Shown here: positions 43,049 to 52,269 of the stretch, in pieces
Position numbering within the stretch: the first letter of the stretch is position 1
How the letters are laid out: each line of letters begins with the position of its first letter
NCBI GenBank assembly: GCA_046754225.1
Contig: JBHHVI010000002.1
Location: forward strand, 7,810 to 71,809
DNA: 64,000 bases
Direction: 5' to 3'
From: Thermodesulfobacteriota bacterium
GTDB lineage: Bacteria; Desulfobacterota; GWC2-55-46; JADFVP01
The notes under the pieces: generated by a model
The model's input: the letters and a program-made list of their open reading frames with translations, nothing else
The model's database searches: none
What the model was told of the DNA's origin: nothing
Program-made: the position numbers and the translations under genes

Positions 43049-43585
43049 TTAATCATCGGAGGTAATCAAGACCTCGTTTTTATCATCAATTTCTTTTATA
43101 TGCACCTTTACTCCCTGCTCGCGCGACGTCGGTATGTTTTTGCCCACATAGTCGGCCTTTATGGGGAGTTCCCTGTGCCCCCTGTCCACCAAGACGGCGA
43201 GTTGTATCTCCAGGGGGCGGCCGAAGTCCATAAGCGCGTTCATTGCCGCCCTTATGGTCCTGCCCGTGAAAAGGACATCGTCCACCATTATGACGACCTT
43301 GCCGTCTATGGAGATGGGTATATCCATCTTTTTCAGCGGCGGCTGCTCCTTCTTGCTCCTTAAATCGTCCCTGTAGAGGGTGGCGTCAACAGCGCCCGCG
43401 GGGACATTCTCGCCCTCTATGGCGCGGATCTTCCCGGCAAGCCTCAGGGCGAGATGATAGCCTCTTGTGGGGATGCCGAGCACAACGAGTTTGTCCACTG
43501 CCCCGTTCCTCTCGAGTATCTCGTGGGATATTCTTGAAAGGGCCCTGTCTATACTCTTTTCGTCAAGCACAACCCTCTGTTTCAT
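43049..43585 (-). CDS. pyrR: Bifunctional pyrimidine operon regulator / uracil phosphoribosyltransferase PyrR
   Basis: 178-aa ORF with the PRPP-binding loop [13 protein letters not shown] and a PyrR-type N-terminus. It is the first gene of the pyr operon. Confidence 0.93.
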   Translation of the reverse strand: MKQRVVLDEKSIDRALSRISHEILERNGAVDKLVVLGIPTRGYHLALRLAGKIRAIEGENVPAGAVDATLYRDDLRSKKEQPPLKKMDIPISIDGKVVIMVDDVLFTGRTIRAAMNALMDFGRPLEIQLAVLVDRGHRELPIKADYVGKNIPTSREQGVKVHIKEIDDKNEVLITSDD

Positions 43586-43661
43586 AGGATATTGTCCGTT
43601 GGTGTTTTTATTAATAAAGATTTCACGCGTAGCAATAAAGGGTTAACGAGGGCCCGGAGCA

Positions 43662-43673
43662 AAGCCTCGCTTG
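43662..43673 (-). promoter_or_regulatory. PyrR-box-like RNA motif in the pyrR upstream region
   Basis: The minus-strand RNA reads CAAGCGAGGCUU, matching 10 of 12 positions of the consensus CCAGAGAGGCUU. It lies about 77 nt upstream of the pyrR ATG. Confidence 0.3.
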
Positions 43674-43706
43674 AAATAGCTCAAAGGACTCAACTTTCTC
43701 GACGGC

Positions 43707-43740
43707 AATAAAAAACCTCCACATCTTTGGGATGCGAAGG
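43707..43740 (-). terminator. Strong intrinsic terminator or attenuator hairpin upstream of pyrR
   Basis: The minus-strand RNA reads CCUUCGCAUC-CCAAA-GAUGUGGAGG (10 bp including G-U pairs) followed by UUUUUUAUU. It lies about 120 nt upstream of pyrR and about 130 nt downstream of the preceding gene. Confidence 0.65.
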
Positions 43741-43871
43741 TCATTAATAAAAATTTAAAATCACCTCGAACTGCACTGTTGCCTCCCCTTTTTAACCTCG
43801 CAGGGTTAAAATTAAAGGGTTTTTGCTGTGATTCAACCGATTAAGTCAGATTTTATAAATAAAATCGCTCG

Positions 43872-44267
43872 CTAATGCATGACACCGCTGCTTTCCTTAA
43901 GAGGCCTCACGGTTTCTATTTGGTAATCAAGACGCCTTTTATAGCGGCCGAAAAATACTATAGTCTTGGAATAATGTATCTTTATGGAGATGATTCTAAG
44001 CCCGCGTTTTATCTCAATATCTTCGGAGGTAATGGGAATATTCCATGAGCCGGCCTTGGTTGAAATCCTCCTCCTGAGCGTTTCGTCTGTGTACATGTGC
44101 GCCAGTTTTGCCTCTTCCTCAACATCGGTCTTGAGCATGTAATATGAGAACGTGGGCAACAGATACTTGTACCCGGCGTAAAAGGCGCAAAAGAGAATTA
44201 CAGTCCATATAAGAACCTTGAATGTGACCGCGCCTTTTCGGTTTAGAAGACAGCGAGACTTCAACAT
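43872..44267 (-). CDS. Hypothetical membrane-anchored protein
   Basis: 131-aa ORF with a single N-terminal TM segment (FKVLIWTVILFCAFYAGYKYLL). I do not recognise a family. Confidence 0.55.
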   Translation of the reverse strand: MLKSRCLLNRKGAVTFKVLIWTVILFCAFYAGYKYLLPTFSYYMLKTDVEEEAKLAHMYTDETLRRRISTKAGSWNIPITSEDIEIKRGLRIISIKIHYSKTIVFFGRYKRRLDYQIETVRPLKESSGVMH

Positions 44268-44275
44268 CTCAAGTA

Positions 44276-44304
44276 CCTATACTACTTTGAGTCCAAGGAG
44301 TCAA
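44276..44304 (-). promoter_or_regulatory. sigma-70-like promoter close to the ATG at 44267
   Basis: The minus strand reads TTGACT-17 nt-TATAGG, then 8 nt, then ATG. No Shine-Dalgarno sequence is present. Confidence 0.3.
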
Positions 44305-44507
44305 TAGAATTCTTCTCCCGGCAAAGTGGATGTGCGGCAAAAAAACCTGGCGGACACCAAAAATAATTCATTTTATGCGCCGACGAACAAAACCGGCACA
44401 CAAATCAAAAAACCGAAGAGTTATGGACAGTTATGTAGATTCAATAATATTACTCATAAAGTGGGCGGGCGTGGCGGTCTCTATACCTCATATAAATCTT
44501 AAGAGGC

Positions 44508-45809
44508 CTACCTCCCTACTGAAAGGTATCGGAACCCGAGGGCCTTCATGCCTGCGGGGTCGTATATATTCCTCAAATCAATCACCACGGGTTCCCTCAG
44601 TATATCCCTGATTTTCTGTAGATCCAGTTTCCTGAACTGGTTCCATTCCGTCATTATAACGAGGGCGTCACAACCCCTGGCCGCCTGGTAAGGGCCCTTG
44701 CAGTAAGTAATCCCCTTCTTCAGCATATTTTTAGTGCCGTCCATGCCGGCGGGGTCAAAGGCCTTTAAAGCGGCCCCCTCATCAATCAGCCTCGCGATAA
44801 TGTCCAGGGCGGGCGACTCCCTTATGTCGTCGGTATTGGGTTTGAAGGTCAGGCCGAGAACCCCTAACTTTTTTCCGCTCAAATTCCCTACGGCCTTCTT
44901 TATCTTATCTGTCATTAAATCCCTCTGCCGCTTATTCACCTCTATAACCGCTTCGACTATCTGGAAATTGTAGCCGTGGTCCCTTGCGATATTTGTTATC
45001 GCCTTTGTATCCTTCGGAAAGCATGAACCGCCATAACCGGGGCCGGGATGGAGGAACTTCGACCCTATCCTGTTGTCCAGCCCCATACCCTTTGCCACCA
45101 TATGGATGTCGGCGCCGCACCTCTCGCATATGTTCGCCATCTCGTTTATAAAAGATATCTTTGTTGCGAGAAAGGCGTTGGATGCGTATTTTATCAACTC
45201 GGAGGTCTCAATATCAGTTACCACAAAGGGCGTTTCAACAAGATAAAGAGGCGAGTAAAGGTCCTGGAGTATGGCCGTCGCCTGCTCGCTCCTCGCGCCG
45301 AGCACGACTCTGTTGGGCCTCATGAAGTCCTCTACAGCCGAGCCCTCCCTCAGGAATTCAGGGTTGGAGGCGACGTCGAAACTGTGCTTACCATTCTGTT
45401 TCCTCCCGATTATCTCCTCTATAAGTTTGCCCGTGCCCACAGGCACCGTGCTCTTTGTCACTATGACTTTATAGCCGTTCAGGTTATCGGCGATGGTCTT
45501 TGCCACGTCTTTAATATAAGTCAGGTCAGCGGAACCGTCATCACGGGGAGGGGTGCCCACGGCGATAAAAATCACAAGGGCGTCCCTTATCGCCTTCTTC
45601 AGGTCCGTTGTAAAGGTCAATCTCTTCTCACTCAGGTTCTTGTCTACAAGCTCCTTGAGCCCTGGTTCATATATTGGTATCTCACCCTTCTTGAGCATGG
45701 ATATCTTCTTTGAATCCTTATCCACGCATGTCACTTTTACGCCGAAATCCGAAAAACAGGTTCCAGTGACAAGGCCGACGTAACCTGTGCCGATAACGCA
45801 AATATTCAT
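44508..45809 (-). CDS. ugd: UDP-glucose 6-dehydrogenase
   Basis: 433-aa ORF with an N-terminal Rossmann motif ICVIGTGYVGLV and the catalytic-Cys context GGSCFPKD. Confidence 0.95.
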   Translation of the reverse strand: MNICVIGTGYVGLVTGTCFSDFGVKVTCVDKDSKKISMLKKGEIPIYEPGLKELVDKNLSEKRLTFTTDLKKAIRDALVIFIAVGTPPRDDGSADLTYIKDVAKTIADNLNGYKVIVTKSTVPVGTGKLIEEIIGRKQNGKHSFDVASNPEFLREGSAVEDFMRPNRVVLGARSEQATAILQDLYSPLYLVETPFVVTDIETSELIKYASNAFLATKISFINEMANICERCGADIHMVAKGMGLDNRIGSKFLHPGPGYGGSCFPKDTKAITNIARDHGYNFQIVEAVIEVNKRQRDLMTDKIKKAVGNLSGKKLGVLGLTFKPNTDDIRESPALDIIARLIDEGAALKAFDPAGMDGTKNMLKKGITYCKGPYQAARGCDALVIMTEWNQFRKLDLQKIRDILREPVVIDLRNIYDPAGMKALGFRYLSVGR

Positions 45810-46112
45810 ACCTTAAATGCCCCTCCTTTTTTCACACACCTCAATAACTGCGAAGATTACGTCCCTGTGTAAAAGTAACACGCCCGCAACTCTCCCGTAT
45901 ATACTCAGGAGGGTAAAATAGATTTATTTTCTTCGGCGGGAAATATAAAAAACAGGCCGGGAAGATAACTCCAGACGCTAAAATATGACGCCATAACCTG
46001 CTCAACTGAAAGACAACCCTACAGTCGTTTGATTTTTAATTAAAACATAATAGCAGAATATGATTCTTTTTCAACTTCAACCTCAAAGGGCACGGCGGAG
46101 GAAGGACGCCAA

Positions 46113-47516
46113 TCAATAGGCGTTGCGGTTTATAAGCCCCTTCCAGAGGGTGAGCCAGACAATCTTTATATCAAGGTAGATCGACCAGTTCTCAATGTAA
46201 TAAAGGTCGTGCTCAATGCGTTTGTTTATGTCGGTATTACCCCTCCAGCCGTTCACCTGAGCCCATCCGGTGATGCCCGCCTTAACCTTGTGCCTCAACA
46301 TATATTTCGGTATCTTCTTCCTGAACCCGGTTATAAAGACAGGTCTTTCAGGCCTCGGCCCCACAAGGCTCATATCCCCCTTAAAGACGTTAAAGAGCTG
46401 AGCCAGTTCATCAATGCTTGTCTTTCTTAAAAAACGACCCACCCCTGTGCACCTTGAGTCATTTTTACTCGCCCATACCGCGCCGGTCTCTTTTTCGGCG
46501 TCTATCCGCATGGAGCGGAATTTGAGCATCTCAAATGTAACTCCGTCAATCCCCATCCTCTCCTGCCTGTAAAAAACCGGGCCGGGCGAGGAACATTTTA
46601 TCAGAAGGGCGATGAGGAGCATCACGGGGCTTAGGAGCACGATAAAAAAGCTTGAGAGCACCACATCGGCTGTCCTCTTCAGGATCATATTCCAGCCGTA
46701 AAAGGGGCTCTGCCGCAGGTTCATTATGGGGACGCCGTCAAACTCCTCCACACCGCCCCTCAGAGTTATAAACTCGTACACATCGGGTATAACCATGATA
46801 TCCACGGTCTCATCGCCGATAAACCTCAGGATATCCACCACCTTTGAATGCTCGTCCCAGGGTAGCGCTATAAAGACCTTATCTATATTCTCTTCCAAAA
46901 CAACGTCCCTGACATCCTCGTAGAGACCTACTACCTTTACGCCGTTTATCTCTTTATCCAGGTCCGCGCTCTCGCCGCTTATGATACCGGCAACCTTTAT
47001 GCCGACTTCAGGGTGCTTTTCCAGCTTCGTTATCAATATCTTCGCCGAGTCGCCGGTGCCAGCGATAAGGGCGTATCTCAGATTGTACCCCTTTTTCCTT
47101 ACAAACCGTAAGACCTCCCTGAAGACCACCCTCTCAACGGACAGGAAAATGATATTACATAATGTGAAAAGCACAAATACGAACCTTGAGAAGTCATACT
47201 GCTTTAAAAAAAAGGTCAGGGTAATAAGGACTATCACCGCGGCAACTGAGGCCTTTGTTATCTCCAGGACCTCGCCGACGTGCGTACCTATCCTCTTCGG
47301 GCGGTACAGCCTGAACCCCTTGAAGGCCAGCGCCCAGATAATTGTTATGGGTATTAACAGGAGGAGGTATACCTTGAGGGGCGGTACACCCTTGTAGACC
47401 GGTATCAGTCCGGAGTTGAAACGTACATAGTAAGAGAACACCCAGGAGGAGAGGATTATTGCTATATCCGTTACAAAGAGGATGTTTTCAAAAATTTGAC
47501 TGTGTTTTTTGAGCAT
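46113..47516 (-). CDS. Undecaprenyl-phosphate hexose-1-phosphate transferase (WcaJ/EpsB-type priming glycosyltransferase)
   Basis: 467-aa ORF with 4-5 N-terminal TM segments, a central Rossmann-like domain and a C-terminal bacterial sugar transferase domain (SLVGPRPERP, ...PGITGWAQV). Confidence 0.9.
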   Translation of the reverse strand: MLKKHSQIFENILFVTDIAIILSSWVFSYYVRFNSGLIPVYKGVPPLKVYLLLLIPITIIWALAFKGFRLYRPKRIGTHVGEVLEITKASVAAVIVLITLTFFLKQYDFSRFVFVLFTLCNIIFLSVERVVFREVLRFVRKKGYNLRYALIAGTGDSAKILITKLEKHPEVGIKVAGIISGESADLDKEINGVKVVGLYEDVRDVVLEENIDKVFIALPWDEHSKVVDILRFIGDETVDIMVIPDVYEFITLRGGVEEFDGVPIMNLRQSPFYGWNMILKRTADVVLSSFFIVLLSPVMLLIALLIKCSSPGPVFYRQERMGIDGVTFEMLKFRSMRIDAEKETGAVWASKNDSRCTGVGRFLRKTSIDELAQLFNVFKGDMSLVGPRPERPVFITGFRKKIPKYMLRHKVKAGITGWAQVNGWRGNTDINKRIEHDLYYIENWSIYLDIKIVWLTLWKGLINRNAY

Positions 47517-48661
47517 TTTTTGTTGTCAGTTTTGTAGTCATTATAAAGGGAATTAACTATATCCGAGAACCTTTCCTTGAAAACCGGCCTGTCGAAGGCG
47601 AGGGCGTGCTCCCTCAAGGCCGCCGGGCTGAATTCTTTTTCATGGGCCTCAAAGGTTTTTATCGCCTCAATGAGCGAAGGGACGCTTTGCTCGTAGAAAA
47701 AGACCCCCGTGGGCCGTGCGCTCCCTATTGAGCCTGCCCCGCGGCGCCGGAGCGGAACGACAGTCTCAAGGGCGCCTCCGCCGCCGTAGGCTATGACCGG
47801 CCTCCCCGACGCCATCGCCTCCAACGGTACTATACCAAAGTCCTCTTCGCCGGGAAAGACCAGGGCCCGGCATCTCGAATAGAGCTCCGAGACCTCGGGG
47901 TCGGAAACGGGACCGAGGAATTCTATATCTGGCCCGGCAAGCCGCCTGATCCTCTTATCGTCCTGGCCCGCCCCCACGACCTTGAGCCTTCTTCCGAAGC
48001 GGCTAAAAGCCTCTACGGCAAGGTCTATCCTCTTGTAAGGCGCGAAGGCGGAGAGGCACAGATAAAAATCATCAGGGCCTTTGCCTGACAGGCTGAAGCG
48101 GGCGCAGTCCACGGGCGGGTAGACGATGATCGAATCGCGCCCGTAATATTTTTTTACCCTCTCAGCGACATAATCGGATATGGCTATAAAATTGTCTACA
48201 CGTTTGCTCGACGAGCTGTCCCAGGCCCTCAGATAATGGCACACGACGCCGAGCGCCCTCTTTTTCAGCCAGGGTTCCCTTCCAAAGTAATCGTTGAACT
48301 TGTCCCAGATATAACGCATTGGAGTAAATATGTAAGAGACATGGAACGCGCCGGGCGGGGTTATTATACCCTTGGCCACGCAGTGACTGCTCGAAATAAT
48401 GAGGTCATAGCCCGAAAGGTCGAAAGACTCCGCGGCGAGCGGGAATAGGGGCAGATACCAGCGGTAATGCTTCTTTACGAGCGGAAGTTTCTGTATGAAA
48501 GAGGTCTTTATCCGTCTATCCTCTATGATACCCGATACCGAGCCCGGCACATGAAAGAGCGTAAAGAGGTCCGCGTCGGGGAAAATCTCGCAGAAGGCCT
48601 CCAAAACCTTTTCCCCTCCCCTCATGCCCGTCAACCAGTCATGAACAAGCGCTACCTTCAC
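47471..48661 (-). CDS. Glycosyltransferase family 4
   Basis: 396-aa ORF beginning MKVALVHDWLTGMRGGEKV, with a C-terminal EDFGIVPLEAMASGRPV (E-x7-E region). Confidence 0.88.
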   Translation of the reverse strand: MKVALVHDWLTGMRGGEKVLEAFCEIFPDADLFTLFHVPGSVSGIIEDRRIKTSFIQKLPLVKKHYRWYLPLFPLAAESFDLSGYDLIISSSHCVAKGIITPPGAFHVSYIFTPMRYIWDKFNDYFGREPWLKKRALGVVCHYLRAWDSSSSKRVDNFIAISDYVAERVKKYYGRDSIIVYPPVDCARFSLSGKGPDDFYLCLSAFAPYKRIDLAVEAFSRFGRRLKVVGAGQDDKRIRRLAGPDIEFLGPVSDPEVSELYSRCRALVFPGEEDFGIVPLEAMASGRPVIAYGGGGALETVVPLRRRGAGSIGSARPTGVFFYEQSVPSLIEAIKTFEAHEKEFSPAALREHALAFDRPVFKERFSDIVNSLYNDYKTDNKKCSKNTVKFLKTSSL

Positions 48662-49772
48662 CTTTTAAGACCTCGTTATAGACCTGTAATGTTTTTTTGG
48701 CCGCCTCTTCCCAGCTGAATCGAGCGGCCCTTTCAATCCCCCTCTCGCTGAGTTCCGCGCGTAAGTCCCCGCTCGAAAGCACCCGCTCCATTGCAGTTGA
48801 GAGTTCACCGGGGTCGCCGGGGTCTACCTTTAAGGCGGCCTCTCCCACTACCTCGGGAAGCGACGTGGCGTTGGATGTAACTACCGGCGTACCGCAGGCC
48901 ATCGACTCTAGTGGCGGCAGACCGAAACCTTCGTAAAATGATGGGAAGACGAAGAGTGAGGCGGCGGAGTAAAGGGCCGGCAGTTCATTTTCCGGCACCT
49001 CTCCTATGAATCGCACCCTGTCACCAAGGCCCATCCCCTGAGCCTTTCCATAGATACTTCTTTTTTTACTCTCCTTTTTGCCGGCTATAACAAGCAAAAA
49101 ATCCCTTTTCATCATCAAACGTGCGTAGGCCTCAATGATACCCTCAAGGTTCTTTCTCTCCTGATGGTTACCTACATAAAGTATATAACCGCCGTCTATA
49201 TTGTATTTTGAAACAACCTCTTCAAGCCTGCCGGTGTCCGTCTCAGGCCTGTAGATATCGCTTACCCCGTTATGTATAACCACCACCTTTTCCGGGCCAA
49301 CCCCGAGGTGCTTGACAATCTCGGCCTTTGAAAAGTTTGAACCAGTTATTATCCTCTTTGTGTTGGAGTTTCTGGCCGCGCGCCCTATCATCACCCTCGC
49401 GTAGTGGTAGGCCGCGCGGCCGGGGCAGGCCTTTGGATAGAGGTAATAGATAAGGTCATGCAGGGTGACAACCGAGGGTTTGGAAAAATTCAAAAAGGGC
49501 GCGTTAAAACTCGGATAATGTATTAAGTCCGGCTTTAAACCGGCGATTTTCAATGGGAGCAGTGACTGTTCCCTCAGTGAATATACCGGTATCCTGTACC
49601 CTGTCCTGTGGAACCGGATATTGCCGTTCAGGTCCGGGGGCTTGCATTCATTATCTATTAAAATATTGTAACTGTTTTTTTTGTCGATTTTCGCGAGATT
49701 GGCTATCAGGTTCTGAGTATACCTTCCGATACCGGTATATGTTATCATCCTTGCGTCGATAGCTATCCTCAA
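48639..49772 (-). CDS. Glycosyltransferase family 4
   Basis: 377-aa ORF beginning MRIAIDARMI...GIGRYTQNL, with a C-terminal EGFGLPPLESMACGTPVV. Confidence 0.88.
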   Translation of the reverse strand: MRIAIDARMITYTGIGRYTQNLIANLAKIDKKNSYNILIDNECKPPDLNGNIRFHRTGYRIPVYSLREQSLLPLKIAGLKPDLIHYPSFNAPFLNFSKPSVVTLHDLIYYLYPKACPGRAAYHYARVMIGRAARNSNTKRIITGSNFSKAEIVKHLGVGPEKVVVIHNGVSDIYRPETDTGRLEEVVSKYNIDGGYILYVGNHQERKNLEGIIEAYARLMMKRDFLLVIAGKKESKKRSIYGKAQGMGLGDRVRFIGEVPENELPALYSAASLFVFPSFYEGFGLPPLESMACGTPVVTSNATSLPEVVGEAALKVDPGDPGELSTAMERVLSSGDLRAELSERGIERAARFSWEEAAKKTLQVYNEVLKGEGSACS

Positions 49773-50016
49773 AAGTTCCCTCCCCTTGCCCTGAAAATAA
49801 TAACCCCCGTTGAGTTTCCATTCTATATTCTTTTATTCCTTTCCGTCAATATTTCTTTTATCGTGGAAAATCAGGAAGATAACCTCTCAGTACGCCTCGG
49901 TCAACCTGTATAAGCGAGGTTGGGCTCATTCTCATGCAGAGTCATGCGATTACCGTGACAATTTAAAGACGAGTCGGGGCTTTTTTCACCGGACCGGACC
50001 ACTTCAGCTAAAAGGA

Positions 50017-51480
50017 CTACTTTGATTCAACCTTTCCGGCTCCGAGCCACTCCTCCCACTCCCTGAAGGATAAGGTTCCCTGATAGAGCAGGGTTATAAT
50101 ATACGCACACATGGCAAGGGCCAGGGATACTATGGGGCTGAAAGGGGTCAGCGCCATTATAATCAGGGCGGAAAGGCCGCTCAGAAAAAACCTCGAGAAG
50201 ATTGGCGCAGGGTCTATGGAAAAAACCCTCCGCGCCAGGAATATATTGACAAGCACGCCGAGGGTAAGGGGGGCCACAAACCCGACGGCGGCCCCCGTGG
50301 GGCCGAAGGATGGTATGAGGGCCAGGCATGTGAAGACCGAGGAGATGGAGACAAAAGCCCATGCCAGGGTGTTCAAACCCTGACGCCCTCCCGCTGTAAA
50401 GGTAAAGAAAAAGACTGAGTTTATGAAATACATAAAAGTCCCCCATATCATTATGGAGAGCAGAGGTGCAGCGGGAGAGTAACCTACCCCCGCGAGGACG
50501 GATATTATGGGGGTTGAAAAGTAAACCGTAACAAGGGCCATAGGGAGACCGATGAGGAGCATGAGTTTAAGGCCTTTTGAAAAACCCTCGGAGACCGATG
50601 AGGCTGAACCGGCCGCGTCCAGGCTCATGCGCGGAAGAAGCGACATCATCACAGCCACCGGTACGATCCATAACGATGATACGAGCCTGAAGGAAAGTCC
50701 ATAATAACCCATCGCATCGTCACTTGCGAAAAGGGAGAGAAAGAAGACGGGTATGATGATGAAGACACCCTCCAAAAAGACCGCCCCGCCGAGCGGGATC
50801 GTTTCCTTTAGAAGTTTTTTCCATACTGCGGGTTCAAAGGCGAATTCCGGTCTTACGAGCCTCGTGGAATAAAAGGCGAGCGCAAGGAAACCGGGCAGGT
50901 TTACGAGCGCCATGCCGAGAATAATCACAAAGAGGCTCGAACCGGCCGCGATGAGCCCGATGACAATACCGAGCGTAAGAATCTCGTTAAGGAAATTAAT
51001 TACCGCCGGGTAGTTCATCTTTAGGTGGACCTGAAAAGGGATATTAAAGACGGTCCTGAAAAACACACCCCTGAAGGACAGCAGGAGTGAGATACATGAG
51101 GCCGCCGCGAGCCATATGACATCAACGGGATACCCCATGACGAAAAGGCTCACGATGAGAAGGACGGATGTGAGTATTGTCGCCGCGAGCCTCAGGATTA
51201 TGGCGTGCCCGAAGCCCCTGGAAGGGCTTATTGAACCGGCGCATATCTCGCGGGTCAGGAACGTATTCAAACCAAGGTCGGTGAATATTCCGAAAAAGGT
51301 GGTATAGGATATTACAAAGGAGAACCTCCCGAACCCGGCGGGGCTCAAGTAGGAGGTGAGGTAGATGAGGACCGCGATGCTTATCGCCTTATTCAGGAAA
51401 TTACCCGTTATAATAAACAGGCTGTTCTTTATTATTTTTTTTCCGGTAGTAACGGTCATGATCTTTCCTCTGGTGGCCAA
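50017..51480 (-). CDS. Polysaccharide flippase (Wzx-like, MOP superfamily)
   Basis: 487-aa ORF with about 12-14 TM helices and the N-terminal NSLFIITGNFLNKAISIAVLIYLTSYL pattern of polysaccharide biosynthesis proteins. Confidence 0.8.
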   Translation of the reverse strand: MATRGKIMTVTTGKKIIKNSLFIITGNFLNKAISIAVLIYLTSYLSPAGFGRFSFVISYTTFFGIFTDLGLNTFLTREICAGSISPSRGFGHAIILRLAATILTSVLLIVSLFVMGYPVDVIWLAAASCISLLLSFRGVFFRTVFNIPFQVHLKMNYPAVINFLNEILTLGIVIGLIAAGSSLFVIILGMALVNLPGFLALAFYSTRLVRPEFAFEPAVWKKLLKETIPLGGAVFLEGVFIIIPVFFLSLFASDDAMGYYGLSFRLVSSLWIVPVAVMMSLLPRMSLDAAGSASSVSEGFSKGLKLMLLIGLPMALVTVYFSTPIISVLAGVGYSPAAPLLSIMIWGTFMYFINSVFFFTFTAGGRQGLNTLAWAFVSISSVFTCLALIPSFGPTGAAVGFVAPLTLGVLVNIFLARRVFSIDPAPIFSRFFLSGLSALIIMALTPFSPIVSLALAMCAYIITLLYQGTLSFREWEEWLGAGKVESK

Positions 51481-51791
51481 ATTGGTCTTAAACGTCCTTT
51501 CAGCCCTCGGAGCATTCCTTTCGCTATGGCCGGCTCACGTTGACATGTAAGGACAACCGGCAAAGCGATTGACGGTTAAACTGAATTTTGTGCGCGAAGC
51601 ATGAACGGAGCAAAGATCAGACAAAATGGCTAAAGGGGGTCAAAGAAGAAATGTCATGGTGCGGAAAATTCGAAACTTTATTTGATGCGCCCGTACACAG
51701 GGCGGGAATTACCGATAATCCTCCTCTGTCGTTCACATAAATTCCCCTGCATTACGGATGGGATAACGCCTCAGGATTTTCTGTTTCATTC

Positions 51792-51842
51792 AAGACCAAC
51801 ACTCAACCAAGGCCAACACTCAACAAAGTCCAAACACTAAAC
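51792..51842. repeat. Three tandem imperfect 17-bp direct repeats
   Basis: The units are AAGACCAACACTCAACC / AAGGCCAACACTCAACA / AAGTCCAAACACTAAAC. They lie inside a 504-bp ORF-free gap between spoVG and the flippase gene. Confidence 0.8.
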
Positions 51843-51984
51843 GACGGGGCGGTACCGGCACGATTTAGAATAATCTACAGGGGTATGTCTTTAGACCGGG
51901 CTTTGGCTCGGGCCTGCCGCTACCTTCTCCGCTTATATATTACTAAGCCGGTGTAAAGACTCGTTTCCACACGGCCTGAACTCA

Positions 51985-52269
51985 TCACACCGCGGCATGA
52001 CTCAATTCATCGGCGCCCATGTGCCTTTTATACTCATCCATCACCTGATGCTCAATCATATCCCTCGTGGATTTGTCGAGGGGATGGGCAAGGTCCCTGT
52101 ATGTGCCGTCTTTCATCTTTTTCGCCGGCATTGCGACGAAGAAGCCTGTCGTCCCCTTGATGACTTTCATGTCCCGGATAATAAAACAATCGTCGAGCTT
52201 GATAGTTACATAGGCCTTAAGTTTCTCATCTCCGTCTACGGGAAGGACCTTGATTTCAGTGATACGCAT
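51985..52269 (-). CDS. spoVG: SpoVG-family nucleic-acid-binding protein
   Basis: 94-aa ORF reading MRITEIKVLPVDGDEKLKAYVTIKLDDCFIIRDMKVIKGTTGFFVAMP. A strong AAGGAGG Shine-Dalgarno sequence is present. Confidence 0.92.
   Translation of the reverse strand: MRITEIKVLPVDGDEKLKAYVTIKLDDCFIIRDMKVIKGTTGFFVAMPAKKMKDGTYRDLAHPLDKSTRDMIEHQVMDEYKRHMGADELSHAAV

Noticed and set aside
45048-45713. Long antisense ORFs opposite well-supported genes. Examples: 45048-45713 opposite ugd, 38942-39448 and 38531-38875 opposite carB, 16172-16863 opposite the kinase, 1254-1904 and 1542-2186 within feoB, 62742-63116 opposite eno, and 103-549 opposite dnaE.
   Set aside because: Each lies entirely within a gene whose product has clear family motifs on the other strand. 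Their translations are low-complexity (Arg/Pro/Ser/Gly-rich) with no recognisable motifs and no Shine-Dalgarno sequence. These are typical shadow ORFs in moderately GC-rich DNA.
51848-51855. ops/JUMPstart-like GGCGGTA sequences: GGCGGTAC at 51848-51855 upstream of the EPS genes, and GGCGGTAG on the minus strand at 31630-31637.
   Set aside because: The first is on the wrong strand relative to the EPS operon and has a mismatch. The second lies between recG and tfoX, which is not a polysaccharide leader. An 8-mer is expected about twice by chance in 128 kb of two-strand sequence.
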